Positions 20,901 through 30,410 of a stretch of DNA of 64,000 bases are shown here, piece after piece. This DNA is from Bryobacterales bacterium (GTDB lineage: Bacteria; Acidobacteriota; Terriglobia; Bryobacterales; Bryobacteraceae): NCBI GenBank assembly GCA_020852755.1, contig JADZAF010000099.1:32125-96124 (forward strand), given 5' to 3'. The position numbers and the translations under genes were made by a program. The notes beneath the pieces were generated by a model, which ran no database searches, was not told where the DNA came from, and worked only from the letters and a program-made list of their open reading frames with translations. Every line of letters starts with the position of its first letter. The first letter of the stretch is position 1.

Positions 20901-21936
20901 GGCCAAGGAGATCCTGCCCCCCGGCGACCCCGCCGTCGAGCTGTTGGACGGGGTCATCAAGACCGGAGAGCAGGCGGCTCACCTCACCCGGCAGATGCTG
21001 GCCTACGCCGGCCGCGGGAAGTTCCTGCTGGAACCGTTGGACCTCTCCGCGCTCATCCCCGAGATGAGCGCCCTGCTGCGCACCTCGATCTCGAAGAAGA
21101 TCGCCCTGCACTTCAACCTGGAAAAGGATCTGCCCGCCATTGAGGCTGATCGCGGCCAGGTGCAGCAGGTGTTCATGAACCTGGCGCTGAACGCCGCCGA
21201 AGCCATCGGCAGCGGCGACGGCCTGATCTCCATCCGCACCGGCGTCCAGGATGTGGACGGGCGTTTTCTCCGCCTCCATCCCCAGGCCGCTTCACTGCCG
21301 CCGGGACGGTACGTGTGCCTGGAGGTGACCGACACGGGCTGCGGCATGGACGAGGCCACCCGGGCCAGGATCTTCGACCCCTTCTTCTCCACCAAGTTTA
21401 CCGGCCGGGGGCTGGGCCTCGCGGCCGTCGCGGGCATCGTTCGCGGACACGGCGGCGCCATCACGGTGAGCAGCATGCCGGGGCAGGGCAGCTGCTTCAC
21501 GGTGCTGCTGCCGCAGGCGGCTCGCGGGGTGGACCAGCGGCCGGCAGTGGCCGGCGCCGACGCGCTCCACGGCGCCGGAACCGTTCTCGTGGTGGACGAT
21601 GAGCAGATCGTCCGCGAGATGGCGCGAAAGGCGCTCCAACGCCACGGCTATACGGTCCTGCAGGCGGACGGCGGGCCGGCCGCGATCGATATCTTCCGTA
21701 GATACCCCGGCGAGATCGCCCTGGTGCTGCTCGACCTGAGCATGCCGGGAATGAGCGGCGAGGAAACGCTGCGCGGGCTCCGCAAAATCCGTCCGGACGT
21801 CAAAGTAGTGCTTTCCAGCGGCTACAGTGAAGCCGAGACGATGGAAGCGTTTCAGGGCCAGCCGGTTTCCGGATTCATCCAGAAACCGTACACGGCCCGG
21901 GGCCTGGCGGAAAAAGTGAAAGCCTGGGTGAGTTGA
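17986..21936 (+). CDS. hybrid sensor histidine kinase/response regulator (N-terminal REC, multiple PAS, HisKA, HATPase_c, C-terminal REC)
   Basis: N-terminal receiver with conserved Asp (VVLPLELPG...), four or more PAS-like segments, an H-box HDFNNLL, a G-box DTGCGMD...GRGLGLA, and a C-terminal receiver (VLVVDDE...LLDLSMPGMSG). Confidence 0.85.
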   Translation: MAHTILVVGDAGAGSRARARCFREAGFEVLEAAAGTDALELASAARPAVVVLPLELPGAGGFRLCRQLKADPRTASIPVLHISGRGGSAGYPESLRSGAEACLQEPVDPPVLLEVVQALLETRPGPDAPGKAESDAAANQRLAALIDSIPDEVWFADNQGRFTLANPSALREFRIDAPGLTTVEDLARSLEVLRPDGAPRPLEEAPPLRALRGETVRAQEEIIRTPASGDLRYREVSASPVRDAAGMIVGSVSVVRDITERKKAEQALRAGEERHRTLFERMTEAFALGEVICGEDGAPCDLRCLTLNPAFERQTGIKGERVSGRTLREVFPAAEAVWVERLGAVALTGGPARFEAWFGPLKRWFEVSAFRAGPGRFGVLFTDVTARRSIEEERQYLAAELANRVGELQAILDAAPVPIWIAHDPQCRRITGNAYADQVVMHARPGGNISLSAPPDSGAPAYRVFREGVELRPEELPAQVAAATGRPTRQEELELVFPDGRAVTLLMAAVPLFDALGNVRGAVAAGADVTRIKKAEEVLKESETVLRSFFDSPGVIRGIVELAEGRIIHVSCNIPAAAALGVDRDAIAGKSLTEAGAPPEIERMWLALSDEIRSTGQPVSREYLRRAAGGQERWLHVTACYVGLGRNGNPRFAYTGFDVTERKRTEEALRNSERIYRAIGESIDYGVWVCDPDGRNTYASESFLNLVGLTQEQCSSFGWGDVLHPEDSQRTIAAWKECVRTEGVWDIEHRFRGVDGEWHPILARGVPVRDEQGRITRWAGINLDIGRLKRAEQSLRESERRERARAAELEAVMNAAPGMILIARDDQCRYLAGNSMAYDLLRRPPGSNLSKSAPEDERPANFRVMKGGVEMPLQELPPQKAALTGQPVRDCEIDLAFDDGSSVSLLGNAVPMLDENGRPRGAVGVFIDITERKRAEDRLREAQKLESLGLLAGGVAHDFNNLLVGVVGNASLAKEILPPGDPAVELLDGVIKTGEQAAHLTRQMLAYAGRGKFLLEPLDLSALIPEMSALLRTSISKKIALHFNLEKDLPAIEADRGQVQQVFMNLALNAAEAIGSGDGLISIRTGVQDVDGRFLRLHPQAASLPPGRYVCLEVTDTGCGMDEATRARIFDPFFSTKFTGRGLGLAAVAGIVRGHGGAITVSSMPGQGSCFTVLLPQAARGVDQRPAVAGADALHGAGTVLVVDDEQIVREMARKALQRHGYTVLQADGGPAAIDIFRRYPGEIALVLLDLSMPGMSGEETLRGLRKIRPDVKVVLSSGYSEAETMEAFQGQPVSGFIQKPYTARGLAEKVKAWVS

Positions 21937-22035
21937 TCTCCGGCCTGCTCATCGCCGGGCGTGCACGCCGGCCACGCTCTGCCTGCCGCGGCAATCGCGC
22001 TGCGTCGTTCCCGCTCACCAGCCGCGAATGAGGAC

Positions 22036-22734
22036 TCAAGCCGTCATTCCCGCCAGCGCGCTCAAATCCAGCCGCCCCGTGTAGATGGCCATGCCGAGGG
22101 CGGCGTGAATGCCCAGCCGCGTCAGTTCCCGGATCTCCTCCAGCGTGGTGATGCCGCCGGCGGCGGTGAGTTCCAGACCGGTGGCGGCGCGCAGGCGGCG
22201 GAACCACTCCAGATCGGTGCCCTGCAGCATGCCTTCCTTGTCCACATAGGTACACAGGAACCCCGAGCAGTAGGGCTCCAGCTGTTTCAGCACCTGCTCC
22301 GCCTCCAGGTTGGTGGCCGAGCGCCAGCCCTTCACCACGATGCGGCCGCCTTTGGAGTCCAGCGCCACGATCAGGCGCTCGCGTCCGGCGGCCGCCGCCA
22401 GGGCTTCCAGAAACTCGCGGTTGATGCCGTCGGAATGAAACGCGGCCGTCCCGACGATGATCCTGTGCGCTCCCTGTTCCACCAGGTCCCGGGCCCGCTC
22501 CACCGAACGCACTCCGCCCCCGGCCCGCACCACCGCGCGCGAAGCCAGCAGGCGCACGATCTCCCCGTTGGAGCCTCTGCCCATGGCGGCGTCCAGGTCG
22601 ATCACCTGGATCTGGGGAAACGCGCGGAACCTCTCCAGCATCTCCAGGGGGCCCTCGGCCTCCAGCGCCTTTTCCCGGCCTTGCACCAGCTGGACGACCT
22701 TGCCGTCCATCAGGTCGATGCAGGGAATGATCAT
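22036..22734 (-). CDS. hisA: 1-(5-phosphoribosyl)-5-[(5-phosphoribosylamino)methylideneamino]imidazole-4-carboxamide isomerase
   Basis: [19 protein letters not shown]... Overlaps the hisF stop by 4 nt (ATGA). Confidence 0.9.
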   Translation of the reverse strand: MIIPCIDLMDGKVVQLVQGREKALEAEGPLEMLERFRAFPQIQVIDLDAAMGRGSNGEIVRLLASRAVVRAGGGVRSVERARDLVEQGAHRIIVGTAAFHSDGINREFLEALAAAAGRERLIVALDSKGGRIVVKGWRSATNLEAEQVLKQLEPYCSGFLCTYVDKEGMLQGTDLEWFRRLRAATGLELTAAGGITTLEEIRELTRLGIHAALGMAIYTGRLDLSALAGMTA

Positions 22735-23492
22735 GTCATCCGCACCGGAATGCCGTGGCGGCACAAGGTCTGCTTCAGTTCGGCGATCGAATACGTGCCG
22801 TAGTGGAAGATCGAGGCCGCCAGGGCGGCGTCGGCTTCCCCTTCCGTCAGCACCCGCACGAAGTCTTCCGGCTTTCCGGCGCCTCCCGAAGCGATCACCG
22901 GGATATGGGTGGCTCGCGATACCGCCCGGGTCAGTTCGCAGTCGAAGCCCTGCTGCACGCCGTCGGTGTCCATGGAGGTGAGCAGGATCTCGCCCGCGCC
23001 CAGCTGCTCCCCGCGCACCGACCACTCGACCGCGTCCATGCCTTCATCCACGCGTCCGCCTCGGGTGTACACGTGCCACTGGTCCTCGCCGTGCCGCTTG
23101 GCGTCCACCGCCAGGACCACGGCCTGCGAGCCGAATTCCTGGCTCAGCTCGGCGATCAGTTCGGGACGGCGCACCGCGGCCGTGTTCACCGAGACTTTGT
23201 CCGCCCCGGCCATCAGGATGCGGCGCGCGTCGGCCACCGAGCGTATGCCGCCCCCGACCGTCAGGGGAATGAAGACCTGGCGCGCCGTTCGCGCCACCAC
23301 GTCGGCCATGGTTTCCCGGTCGTCGCTGGATGCCGTGATGTCCAGGAATACCAGTTCGTCGGCGCCTTCGCGGTTGTACCTCTCGGCCAGTTCCACCGGG
23401 TCGCCCGCGTCGCGCAGGTTCACGAAATTGATGCCTTTGACGACCCGGCCTCCGGTTACGTCCAGGCAGGGAATAATCCGTTTGGCGAGCAT
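22731..23492 (-). CDS. hisF: imidazole glycerol phosphate synthase cyclase subunit
   Basis: [20 protein letters not shown]...[13 protein letters not shown]... Confidence 0.9.
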   Translation of the reverse strand: MLAKRIIPCLDVTGGRVVKGINFVNLRDAGDPVELAERYNREGADELVFLDITASSDDRETMADVVARTARQVFIPLTVGGGIRSVADARRILMAGADKVSVNTAAVRRPELIAELSQEFGSQAVVLAVDAKRHGEDQWHVYTRGGRVDEGMDAVEWSVRGEQLGAGEILLTSMDTDGVQQGFDCELTRAVSRATHIPVIASGGAGKPEDFVRVLTEGEADAALAASIFHYGTYSIAELKQTLCRHGIPVRMT

Positions 23493-23495
23493 AAT

Positions 23496-24089
23496 CTATA
23501 GCTCCACGAAGTTTCGCATGATCTGAAGCCCCAGGTCTCCCGACTTCTCCGGATGGAACTGCACGCCGAAGACGTTGCCGCACTCGAGCACCGCCGTGTA
23601 GGAGACTTCGTAGGTGCAGGCGGCCGCCGTAGCGTCGATCACCGGGGCATAGTAGCTGTGGGCAAAGTACATGTGAGGCTGCGGGCCCAGCCCGGCCAGC
23701 AGTCTCGAGGGACGCACCGGCTCCAGGTTGCTCCAGCCCATGTGGGGGACGCGCGCCGTCAGGGGGAAGCGGCGTACGGCGCCGGCATAGAGTCCCAGCC
23801 CCGCCAGGCCCGGCGCCTCCTCGCTGCCCGTGAACAGCGCCTGCAGGCCCAGGCAGATGCCCAGAAAGGGTACGCCTTTCAGGATCAGATTGAGCAGCGG
23901 GCCGCGCACCTGCATGGCGTCCAGCGCCCGGATCATCTGCCCGAAGTGCCCTACCCCCGGCAGGATCAGCTTGCTCGGGTCGCGCAGACCGTCGGCATCG
24001 CGCACCAGCTCGTACGGCGCGCCCACTTCTTCCAGCGTGTTGGCCACCGAGCGCAGGTTCCCGGCCCCGTAATCCAGGACGGCGATCAT
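23496..24089 (-). CDS. hisH: imidazole glycerol phosphate synthase glutamine amidotransferase subunit
   Basis: [15 protein letters not shown]...GICLGLQ...FHPEKS is a class-I GATase triad context. Confidence 0.9.
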   Translation of the reverse strand: MIAVLDYGAGNLRSVANTLEEVGAPYELVRDADGLRDPSKLILPGVGHFGQMIRALDAMQVRGPLLNLILKGVPFLGICLGLQALFTGSEEAPGLAGLGLYAGAVRRFPLTARVPHMGWSNLEPVRPSRLLAGLGPQPHMYFAHSYYAPVIDATAAACTYEVSYTAVLECGNVFGVQFHPEKSGDLGLQIMRNFVEL

Positions 24090-24673
24090 AGCAGCCCCTT
24101 GGTGGACGGCAGTTCCCCCCTGAGCCGCCGGTCCTTCGAACAGGCGAACTTCATGGCCCGCGCGAAGCACTTGAAGATCGCTTCCAGCTTGTGGTGGCTC
24201 GAGCGCCCGTAGAGCACGCGGGCGTGCAGGTTGGCCCCGGCGTGCTGGACGAAGCCGCCGAAGAAATCCTCCACCAGCTCCACGTCCAGGTCGCCCACCT
24301 TGCGAACCCGCACCAGGTCCCGGTAGACCAGCGCCGGCCGCCCTCCCAGGTCCACCGCCACCACGGCCAGGGTCTCGTCCATGGGCATGACGAAGTAGCC
24401 GGCGCGGTTGATGCCGCGGCGGTCGCCCAGCGCCTTGGAGAATAGCTGCCCCAGCACGATGCCGGTGTCTTCCACGGTGTGGTGCTGGTCCACATGCAGG
24501 TCGCCGCGCGCCTCCAGCGTCAGATCGAAGCCGCCGTGCCTGGCGAACAGTTCCAGCATGTGGTCCAGGAAGCTCACGCCGGTGGAGATCTGGTAGCGGC
24601 CCCGCCCTTCCAGTTTCAGTACCCCGCGAATGGCTGTTTCGCGCGTCTCCCGTTGGATGCTTGCGGTTCTCAT
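24086..24673 (-). CDS. hisB: imidazoleglycerol-phosphate dehydratase (monofunctional)
   Basis: [25 protein letters not shown]...FLDHML... About 196 aa with no fused phosphatase domain. Confidence 0.9.
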   Translation of the reverse strand: MRTASIQRETRETAIRGVLKLEGRGRYQISTGVSFLDHMLELFARHGGFDLTLEARGDLHVDQHHTVEDTGIVLGQLFSKALGDRRGINRAGYFVMPMDETLAVVAVDLGGRPALVYRDLVRVRKVGDLDVELVEDFFGGFVQHAGANLHARVLYGRSSHHKLEAIFKCFARAMKFACSKDRRLRGELPSTKGLL

Positions 24674-25344
24674 AGCACGCTCTCCAGCCCGTTGATGTCG
24701 TCGAGCACGGCGATGGCCTTCTGCTCCTCGAACAGGCGAACCAGTTCGCCGTGGCGCGGGTTGGCGGGCGAGGCGATGCCGATGAAGGGCGCCCCGGCCG
24801 CCAGCGCGCAGCGCGCATCGTCCACCGAGTCGCCCACGTAGTAGAGGCCGCTGCCCGGATGGAGGGAGCGGATCAGCAGCAACCCCTCGGGGTGCGGCTT
24901 CAGCCGGCTCACCTCTTCCATCCCGACAATGGGGTCGAAGGCCACTTGTGGGATGAATCGCCGCAGTGTGAATTCCGCCTCCCATTTCAAACGCCCCGTG
25001 AATACCGCCAGCCGGAAGCGCTCGCTCAGCCTCTCGAACAAACCGTCCGCGGCGATCCAGCGCTCGCGCATGATGAGGCCGTTGGTCCCGTCGCCGTGGA
25101 AGATGGACTGGAAGTAATCGACCACCGTCTGGAACTCGACCCGCACGCCCGCCTCCGCGATCAGCTTGTGGGAGAGCGACCAGTCGTCGTTCCACCCGCC
25201 CTGGTTCTTGATGTCCTGGATCAGGGTGCGGCTGGGCCGCTGCCCGGTGAAGTGCTCCACCGTCTGCTGGATGGTTTCGCGATAGGATTCGGTGACCTCC
25301 ACCAGCACGCCGTCCATGTCGAAGACCAGCAGGCAATTCACCAT
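24670..25344 (-). CDS. HAD-superfamily hydrolase (candidate histidinol-phosphatase)
   Basis: HAD motif I at the N-terminus, [10 protein letters not shown], and a downstream motif IV ([13 protein letters not shown]). It is embedded between hisC and hisB with 4-nt overlaps. Confidence 0.7.
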   Translation of the reverse strand: MVNCLLVFDMDGVLVEVTESYRETIQQTVEHFTGQRPSRTLIQDIKNQGGWNDDWSLSHKLIAEAGVRVEFQTVVDYFQSIFHGDGTNGLIMRERWIAADGLFERLSERFRLAVFTGRLKWEAEFTLRRFIPQVAFDPIVGMEEVSRLKPHPEGLLLIRSLHPGSGLYYVGDSVDDARCALAAGAPFIGIASPANPRHGELVRLFEEQKAIAVLDDINGLESVL

Positions 25345-26441
25345 ATCTTCTCCAGTTCGCCCAGGAAACGCCGCACCTGCTCCCGGGTGCCTACCGTCAC
25401 GCGCACGCAGCCGGGGATCTCGTAGCTGCGGTCGCGCACCAGCACGCCCTGTTCCCTCAGGCGGTCGCGGATCTGAACGGCCCGCCGCCCCAGCCGCATC
25501 AGGATGAAGTTGCCCATGCTGCGGAAGTACGGGATGCCGAGCAGTTCCAGCCCCACGCCCAGCAGTTCGCGGGCGGCCAGCACCTCGGCCACGTACTCCT
25601 CCACGTAGGCCCGGTCGCGCACCGCCTCCACCGCGGCCAGCGCCGCCAGCGCGTTCACGCTGTAAGGCGATTGCGCCTTGTGCAGGAAGGCGATGTTGGC
25701 CGGCTGCGAGAACAGGCACCCCAGGCGCAGCGCCGCCATCCCGAACACCTTCGAGAACGTGCGGCTGACGAACAGGTTGGGGCTGCGCTCGATCAGCGGC
25801 AGCCCGGTGATCCCGCAGAACTCGAAGTAGGCTTCGTCGATCAGCACCGCGGCGTTGCGCGCGCGCTTCAGGATCTTCTCGATGGCCGGCAGTTGCACCC
25901 CGGTGCCGGTGGGATTGTTGGGATTGGCGATCAGGATCGCTTTGGTGGAGGGGCCGATGGCGGCCAGCAGTTCCTCCAGCGGAAAGGCCAGGTCTTCCGG
26001 GCGGTAGTCGATCTCGCGGATGCAGGCGCCCGCCACCTCCGCATAAAAGCGGTACATGGCGTAGGCGGGACGCAGCACCACCACCTCGTCGCCCGCGTTG
26101 GCATACGTGTTGACCAGCAGCTGGATGGCCTCGTCGGTGCCGTTGGTCAGAAGCATCTGCTCGGGCCTGACCCGGAAGAACTCGGCCAGCGCGGGCCGCA
26201 CCTGGCTGTACTCGGGGTAGACCGCCATGTGCTCCGCCGTGAGGTTCCCCTTCAGAAATTCGAGCACGCGCGGCGAACAGCCCAACGTGTTCTCGTTGAA
26301 ATCCAGCCGCAGCTTGCCGGCCCGCCCGTCCGTCGGGGGCGAATAGGGGGCCATGTCGAGCACGGATTGCCGCGGGCGCGGCATGCCCTTGCGCAACCGC
26401 GGAGTCTTAGCCACGGCGGCCTGCCTCCGCTGCCCGCGCAC
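25338..26441 (-). CDS. hisC: histidinol-phosphate aminotransferase
   Basis: Class-I aminotransferase motifs NPNNPTG and [16 protein letters not shown]. The start is uncertain: Met codons at 26441, 26387 and 26357 are all possible. Confidence 0.85.
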   Translation of the reverse strand: MRGQRRQAAVAKTPRLRKGMPRPRQSVLDMAPYSPPTDGRAGKLRLDFNENTLGCSPRVLEFLKGNLTAEHMAVYPEYSQVRPALAEFFRVRPEQMLLTNGTDEAIQLLVNTYANAGDEVVVLRPAYAMYRFYAEVAGACIREIDYRPEDLAFPLEELLAAIGPSTKAILIANPNNPTGTGVQLPAIEKILKRARNAAVLIDEAYFEFCGITGLPLIERSPNLFVSRTFSKVFGMAALRLGCLFSQPANIAFLHKAQSPYSVNALAALAAVEAVRDRAYVEEYVAEVLAARELLGVGLELLGIPYFRSMGNFILMRLGRRAVQIRDRLREQGVLVRDRSYEIPGCVRVTVGTREQVRRFLGELEKIW

Positions 26442-27687
26442 GGGGCGCCGCGGTCCTCGCCTCGACCGAACGGGCGTGCGCTTCCAGGCCCTCCGTCCTC
26501 GCCAGCGCCGTGATCGACGGCGCCAGCGAACGCAGGCCTTCCGCGCTCAGCTTCTGGACGGAAATCACCTTGACGAAATCCGCCGCCGAAAGCCCGCCGC
26601 GCAGCCGCGCCGCGCCGTTGGTCGGCAGCACGTGGTTGGGGCCGGACGCGTAATCGCCGGCGGCTTCGGGACTGAACGGGCCGATGAAGATGCTGCCGGC
26701 GCTGGTGATCCCGGCCAGCAGCGACTCGTCCGGAATGCTCAGGTGCTCCGGAGCGAACCGGTTGGAGATCTCCACCGCCTCGTCCAGCCTCCGCACCAGC
26801 ACGATGGCGCTGTTACGGTCGATCGAACGCCGGGCCACGGGCGCGGTCGGCAGGTCGCTCAGACGCCTCTCGATCTCCACCGCCACCGCCCGCGCCAGCC
26901 GCCGCGAGGGGGTCAGCAGGAAGGCGCTGGCATCCACGTCGTGCTCGGCCTGTGCCAGCATGTCGGCGGCCAGGCGGGCCGGGTCGCCCTCCTCCGCGAT
27001 GATCAGGATCTCCGTCGGGCCGGCAATGAAATCGATGCCCACCTCCCCGGCCAGCAGTTTCTTGGCTGCCGCCACGTAGATGTTGCCGGGGCCCACGATG
27101 CGCTCGGCCCGGGGCACCGTCTTCGTCCCGTACGCCAGGGCCGCGATGGCCTGCGCGCCGCCCATCTGGAACAGGTGCGTCACGCCCAGCCAGTGCGCCG
27201 TGCCGAGAACTGCCGCCGTGGGACGCGGGCAGGCCGCGCAGACCGTCTTTACCCCGGCCACCTGCGCGGGGATCACGGTCATCATCAGCGTCGAGGGCAG
27301 GGGATAGCGGCCGGCTGGGATGTAGGCGCCCACGGTCTCCAGCGGCCGCACGATCTGTCCCACTCTCAACCCGCGGCTCAACTGCCGCTGCTGCTCGCAG
27401 GGCAGCTGCATGGCCGCGAAGGCCCGGATATTGCCGGAGGCCGTTTCCACCGCGCGGCCGAATCCGGACGGCATGGTCCGGGCGGCCGCCTCCAGTTCCG
27501 CTTCCGGCACGCGCACGGAGCGGCCCTCGAAGCCGTCCAGCTTGCGCGCGTATTCCAGCAGACCGCGGTCCCCCCGCTTCTTCACCGCCTCCAGGATGGG
27601 CCGCACCACCGCTTCCGCCCCTTCCATGCGGGCAGCCCGCCGCGCGAAGAGCCTTTCCAACCCCGTGGATTCAAGGACTCGTATCAT
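26407..27687 (-). CDS. hisD: histidinol dehydrogenase
   Basis: About 426 aa, with HisD-typical ...AGPTE.../...DMLAQAEHD... motifs. Confidence 0.9.
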   Translation of the reverse strand: MIRVLESTGLERLFARRAARMEGAEAVVRPILEAVKKRGDRGLLEYARKLDGFEGRSVRVPEAELEAAARTMPSGFGRAVETASGNIRAFAAMQLPCEQQRQLSRGLRVGQIVRPLETVGAYIPAGRYPLPSTLMMTVIPAQVAGVKTVCAACPRPTAAVLGTAHWLGVTHLFQMGGAQAIAALAYGTKTVPRAERIVGPGNIYVAAAKKLLAGEVGIDFIAGPTEILIIAEEGDPARLAADMLAQAEHDVDASAFLLTPSRRLARAVAVEIERRLSDLPTAPVARRSIDRNSAIVLVRRLDEAVEISNRFAPEHLSIPDESLLAGITSAGSIFIGPFSPEAAGDYASGPNHVLPTNGAARLRGGLSAADFVKVISVQKLSAEGLRSLAPSITALARTEGLEAHARSVEARTAAPRARAAEAGRRG

Positions 27688-27692
27688 AGGCG

Positions 27693-28559
27693 CTACATGA
27701 CGATCTTGTTGAGCGGATACTCGACGATTCCCTCGCCGCCCGCCTGCTTCAGGCGCGGGACAATGCTGCGCACCGTCGATTCATCGACGATGGTGTTCAC
27801 CGCCAGCCAGTCCTCGTCGCTCAGGTGGGACACCGTCGGCCGTTTCAGCGCGGGCAGCACGTTGAGAACCGCTGCCAGGTTGTCGCGGTGCACGTTCAGC
27901 ATCAACCCCACCTTGCCCAGAGCCGCGATGGCGCCGTCCAGCAGCATGCGCATGTCCTCCAGCTTGCGCCGCTTCCACTCGTCCTGCCAGGCGTCGCAGT
28001 TGACGATCAGCTGGGTGTTCGATTCCAGCACCGTGTCGATGATCTTGAGCTTGTTGGCGCGCAGCGACGAGCCCGTCTCGGTCACCTCCACGATGGCGTC
28101 GGCCAGCACCGGCGGCTTGACCTCCGTGGCGCCCCAGCTGAATTCCACCTTGGCCTTCACCCCGTGCGCCGCCAGGTAACGCTTGGTGGTCTCCACCAGC
28201 TCGGTCGCGATGATCCTGCCTTCCAGGTCCCGCACGCTGCGGAAGGGTGAAGCCTCCGGCGCCGCCAGCACCCAGCGCACCTTGCCGAAGCTCTGCTTGG
28301 CGTACACCAGGTCGGCCAGAGCGATCACCTGGGCGCCGCTCTCCTCCACCCAGTCGCGGCCGGTGAGCCCCGCGTCCAGAATGCCGTCCTCCACGTAGCG
28401 CGCCATCTCCTGGGCGCGGATGAGCATGCACTCGATTTCCGGGTCGTCGATGCGCGGGAAGTAGGAGCGGCTGCTGGTGGTGATGGAGTAACCCGCCCGC
28501 CGGAACAGGTCGATGGTGGCGTTTTCCAAACTGCCTTTCGGGATGCCGAGCTTGAGCAT
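27693..28559 (-). CDS. hisG: ATP phosphoribosyltransferase (long form)
   Basis: [12 protein letters not shown]... N-terminus and a 288-aa long-form length. The start overlaps the hisI stop. Confidence 0.9.
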   Translation of the reverse strand: MLKLGIPKGSLENATIDLFRRAGYSITTSSRSYFPRIDDPEIECMLIRAQEMARYVEDGILDAGLTGRDWVEESGAQVIALADLVYAKQSFGKVRWVLAAPEASPFRSVRDLEGRIIATELVETTKRYLAAHGVKAKVEFSWGATEVKPPVLADAIVEVTETGSSLRANKLKIIDTVLESNTQLIVNCDAWQDEWKRRKLEDMRMLLDGAIAALGKVGLMLNVHRDNLAAVLNVLPALKRPTVSHLSDEDWLAVNTIVDESTVRSIVPRLKQAGGEGIVEYPLNKIVM

Positions 28560-28939
28560 CACTTCTGCCCTCCGTAGACCGCCCCCGGCACGTAGCTGGG
28601 CGCTTCCGACTCCACCCAGCGGCCTTCGCTGAGCGAGCGGTAAAAGCAGCTCCGGTAGCCGTTGTGGCAGACGCCCGGCCCCAGGGCCTCGACCTGCACC
28701 AGCACGGCGTCCCGGTCGCAGTCCGTGGATATCGATTTCACCGCCAGGCGGTGCCCCGAGGTCTCGCCCTTCATCCAAAGCTTCCGGCGCGAGCGGCTGT
28801 AAAACGTGGCGAAGCCCGTCTCCACGGTTTGCCGGAAGGCCGCTTCGTTCATGTACCCGACCATCAGTACGCGGCCGGAGGCGTGGTCCTGAATCACGGC
28901 GGTCACCAGACCGCCGGCTTTGTCGAAGTCCAGATCCAT
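28559..28939 (-). CDS. hisI: phosphoribosyl-AMP cyclohydrolase
   Basis: ...[17 protein letters not shown]...WMKGETSGH... is conserved HisI. Start placed at the ATG (MDLDFD...); the track's upstream TTG extension is less likely. Confidence 0.85.
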   Translation of the reverse strand: MDLDFDKAGGLVTAVIQDHASGRVLMVGYMNEAAFRQTVETGFATFYSRSRRKLWMKGETSGHRLAVKSISTDCDRDAVLVQVEALGPGVCHNGYRSCFYRSLSEGRWVESEAPSYVPGAVYGGQK

Positions 28940-28949
28940 TGAGCGCAAC

Positions 28950-28978
28950 AAAAAAGCCCGCCATCTTTCGTGGCGGGC
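28950..28978 (-). terminator. his attenuator terminator: GCCCGCCA-cgaaaga-TGGCGGGC stem followed by UUUUUU (read on minus strand)
   Basis: An 8-bp GC stem with a 7-nt loop and a 6-U run lies immediately 5' of the hisI start, inside the leader region. Coordinates are accurate to about +/-1. Confidence 0.7.
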
Positions 28979-29023
28979 GTCCTTTCCTTTTACGATTTCG
29001 AGTGAGTTCGAAGCGCGCGCCCG

Positions 29024-29077
29024 TCACACGATGGCGTGGTGGTGATGAGGATGCCGGGCGCTGCGAACTGCTAACAT
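29024..29077 (-). CDS. hisL: his operon leader peptide [17 protein letters not shown] (His-codon attenuator)
   Basis: Minus-strand ATG TTA GCA GTT CGC AGC GCC CGG CAT CCT CAT CAC CAC CAC GCC ATC GTG TGA is preceded by SD GAGGAA. Five of 17 codons are His, four of them consecutive. A terminator follows, and the overlapping segments GCGCCCG/CGGGCGC/CGCCCG allow alternative pairing. Confidence 0.75.
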   Translation of the reverse strand: MLAVRSARHPHHHHAIV

Positions 29078-29096
29078 GAATTCCTCAGTATATCAG

Positions 29097-30404
29097 ATGC
29101 CCCGATTCTCTGCGGCTGTCCTGGCGGCTGCTGCTGGTTGGGCGGCCCTGGCTTCGGCCCAGAGCCGCTGGGACCCCGGCCGGGCCGCCGCGCAATCCAT
29201 CTCCGAACAGACCGGCGGCCGCCTGAAACTGCGCGGCGAATTCCGCTCCCGGATGGAAGCCCGCACCGGCGTCGGTTTCGGACGCGAGACCGGCATCGAG
29301 AACCCGCTCTTCCGCACCCGCCTGGGCATGGAGTATCAGGCCGCCCCCTGGCTGAAGCTGGCGGGCCTGGCGCAGGATTGCCGCGCCCCTCTCTATGGAC
29401 GCCCGGCGCCTGCATCGGCCCGCGACACCCTGGACCTGCACGAAGGCTACCTGGAGTTCTTCCCCGGCCGCAAGCGGGGTTTCGGCGCTCTGCTGGGCCG
29501 CCAGATGCTCAGCCTGGGCGAAGGACGCGTGCTGGGAATCTCCAACTGGGCCAATACCTCGCGCACCTACGATACCGCCCGCTTCTACTATCGCCTGCCC
29601 AACGCCCGGCTGGAGGTCCTGCTGGCTTCCTTCGTCAAGCCGCGCAGCAGCGAGTTCAACCGCCCCGGACTCGGCGACCGCTTGTGGGGCACCTACAACT
29701 CCTTCTCGAATTGGCTTCCCAAAGGCGTAGTCGAGATCTACGCCTTTCGGCGCGATCAGAACCGGCCGGGAGGTTTCTCCGGAACCGGCCGGCTGGGAAT
29801 CAATACCCTGGGCGTCCGCGTGGCGGCGCCTCTTGCCGGCGCGCTGCGCTACAGCCTCGAAACCGCCGTGCAGTCCGGCAAGGTGGGCGAGAAACCCCAG
29901 CGAGGCTTCGCCTGGTTCTCCAACCTCTCCCGGCCGGTCCGCCTGCGCTGGCCGGTCGATCTCTCCATCGAGTACAAGTATGCCTCCGGCACGGACGATC
30001 CCGGCGGCGGCCGCAGCACGACTTTCGATCAGCTCTACGCCTCCAACCACGACAAGTTCGGCCACGCCGACCTGCTCGGCTGGCAGAACATCCACAACCT
30101 GCGCTCCCTCAACACCGTGCACTTCACCAAGGGCCTGGTGCTCAACCTGATGTACAACAATAGCTGGCTGGCCAGCGCCCGCGACGCGCTCTACAACGGG
30201 CAGGGGCGCGCGATCGCGCGGGCTCCCAGGGGGGATGCCGGGCGGCACATCGGCCAGGAACTCGACCTGTACGCCGTCAGTCAATGGGGCGGCATCCAGT
30301 TGGGCGCCGGCTTCGCCCACTTCTTCGCCGGCGGGTTCCTGAGGCAATCCACTCCAGGGGTCAACACACGCTACCTGTACGTGTTTCAGAGCTACACGTT
30401 CTGA
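29097..30404 (+). CDS. alginate export family outer-membrane beta-barrel protein
   Basis: Signal peptide MPRFSAAVLAAAAGWAALASA, then beta-strand-rich sequence with alternating aromatics and a C-terminal ...YVFQSYTF barrel terminus. Start moved to the second Met because the first ATG overlaps the hisL start (CATG). Confidence 0.65.
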   Translation: MPRFSAAVLAAAAGWAALASAQSRWDPGRAAAQSISEQTGGRLKLRGEFRSRMEARTGVGFGRETGIENPLFRTRLGMEYQAAPWLKLAGLAQDCRAPLYGRPAPASARDTLDLHEGYLEFFPGRKRGFGALLGRQMLSLGEGRVLGISNWANTSRTYDTARFYYRLPNARLEVLLASFVKPRSSEFNRPGLGDRLWGTYNSFSNWLPKGVVEIYAFRRDQNRPGGFSGTGRLGINTLGVRVAAPLAGALRYSLETAVQSGKVGEKPQRGFAWFSNLSRPVRLRWPVDLSIEYKYASGTDDPGGGRSTTFDQLYASNHDKFGHADLLGWQNIHNLRSLNTVHFTKGLVLNLMYNNSWLASARDALYNGQGRAIARAPRGDAGRHIGQELDLYAVSQWGGIQLGAGFAHFFAGGFLRQSTPGVNTRYLYVFQSYTF

Positions 30405-30410
30405 AGGCGC

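Noticed and set aside
21958-21969. 12-bp perfect palindrome GGCGTGCACGCC in the convergent gap after the histidine kinase
   Set aside because: It is short, has no loop or U-tract, and could arise by chance in GC-rich DNA. It is not a convincing terminator or operator on its own.
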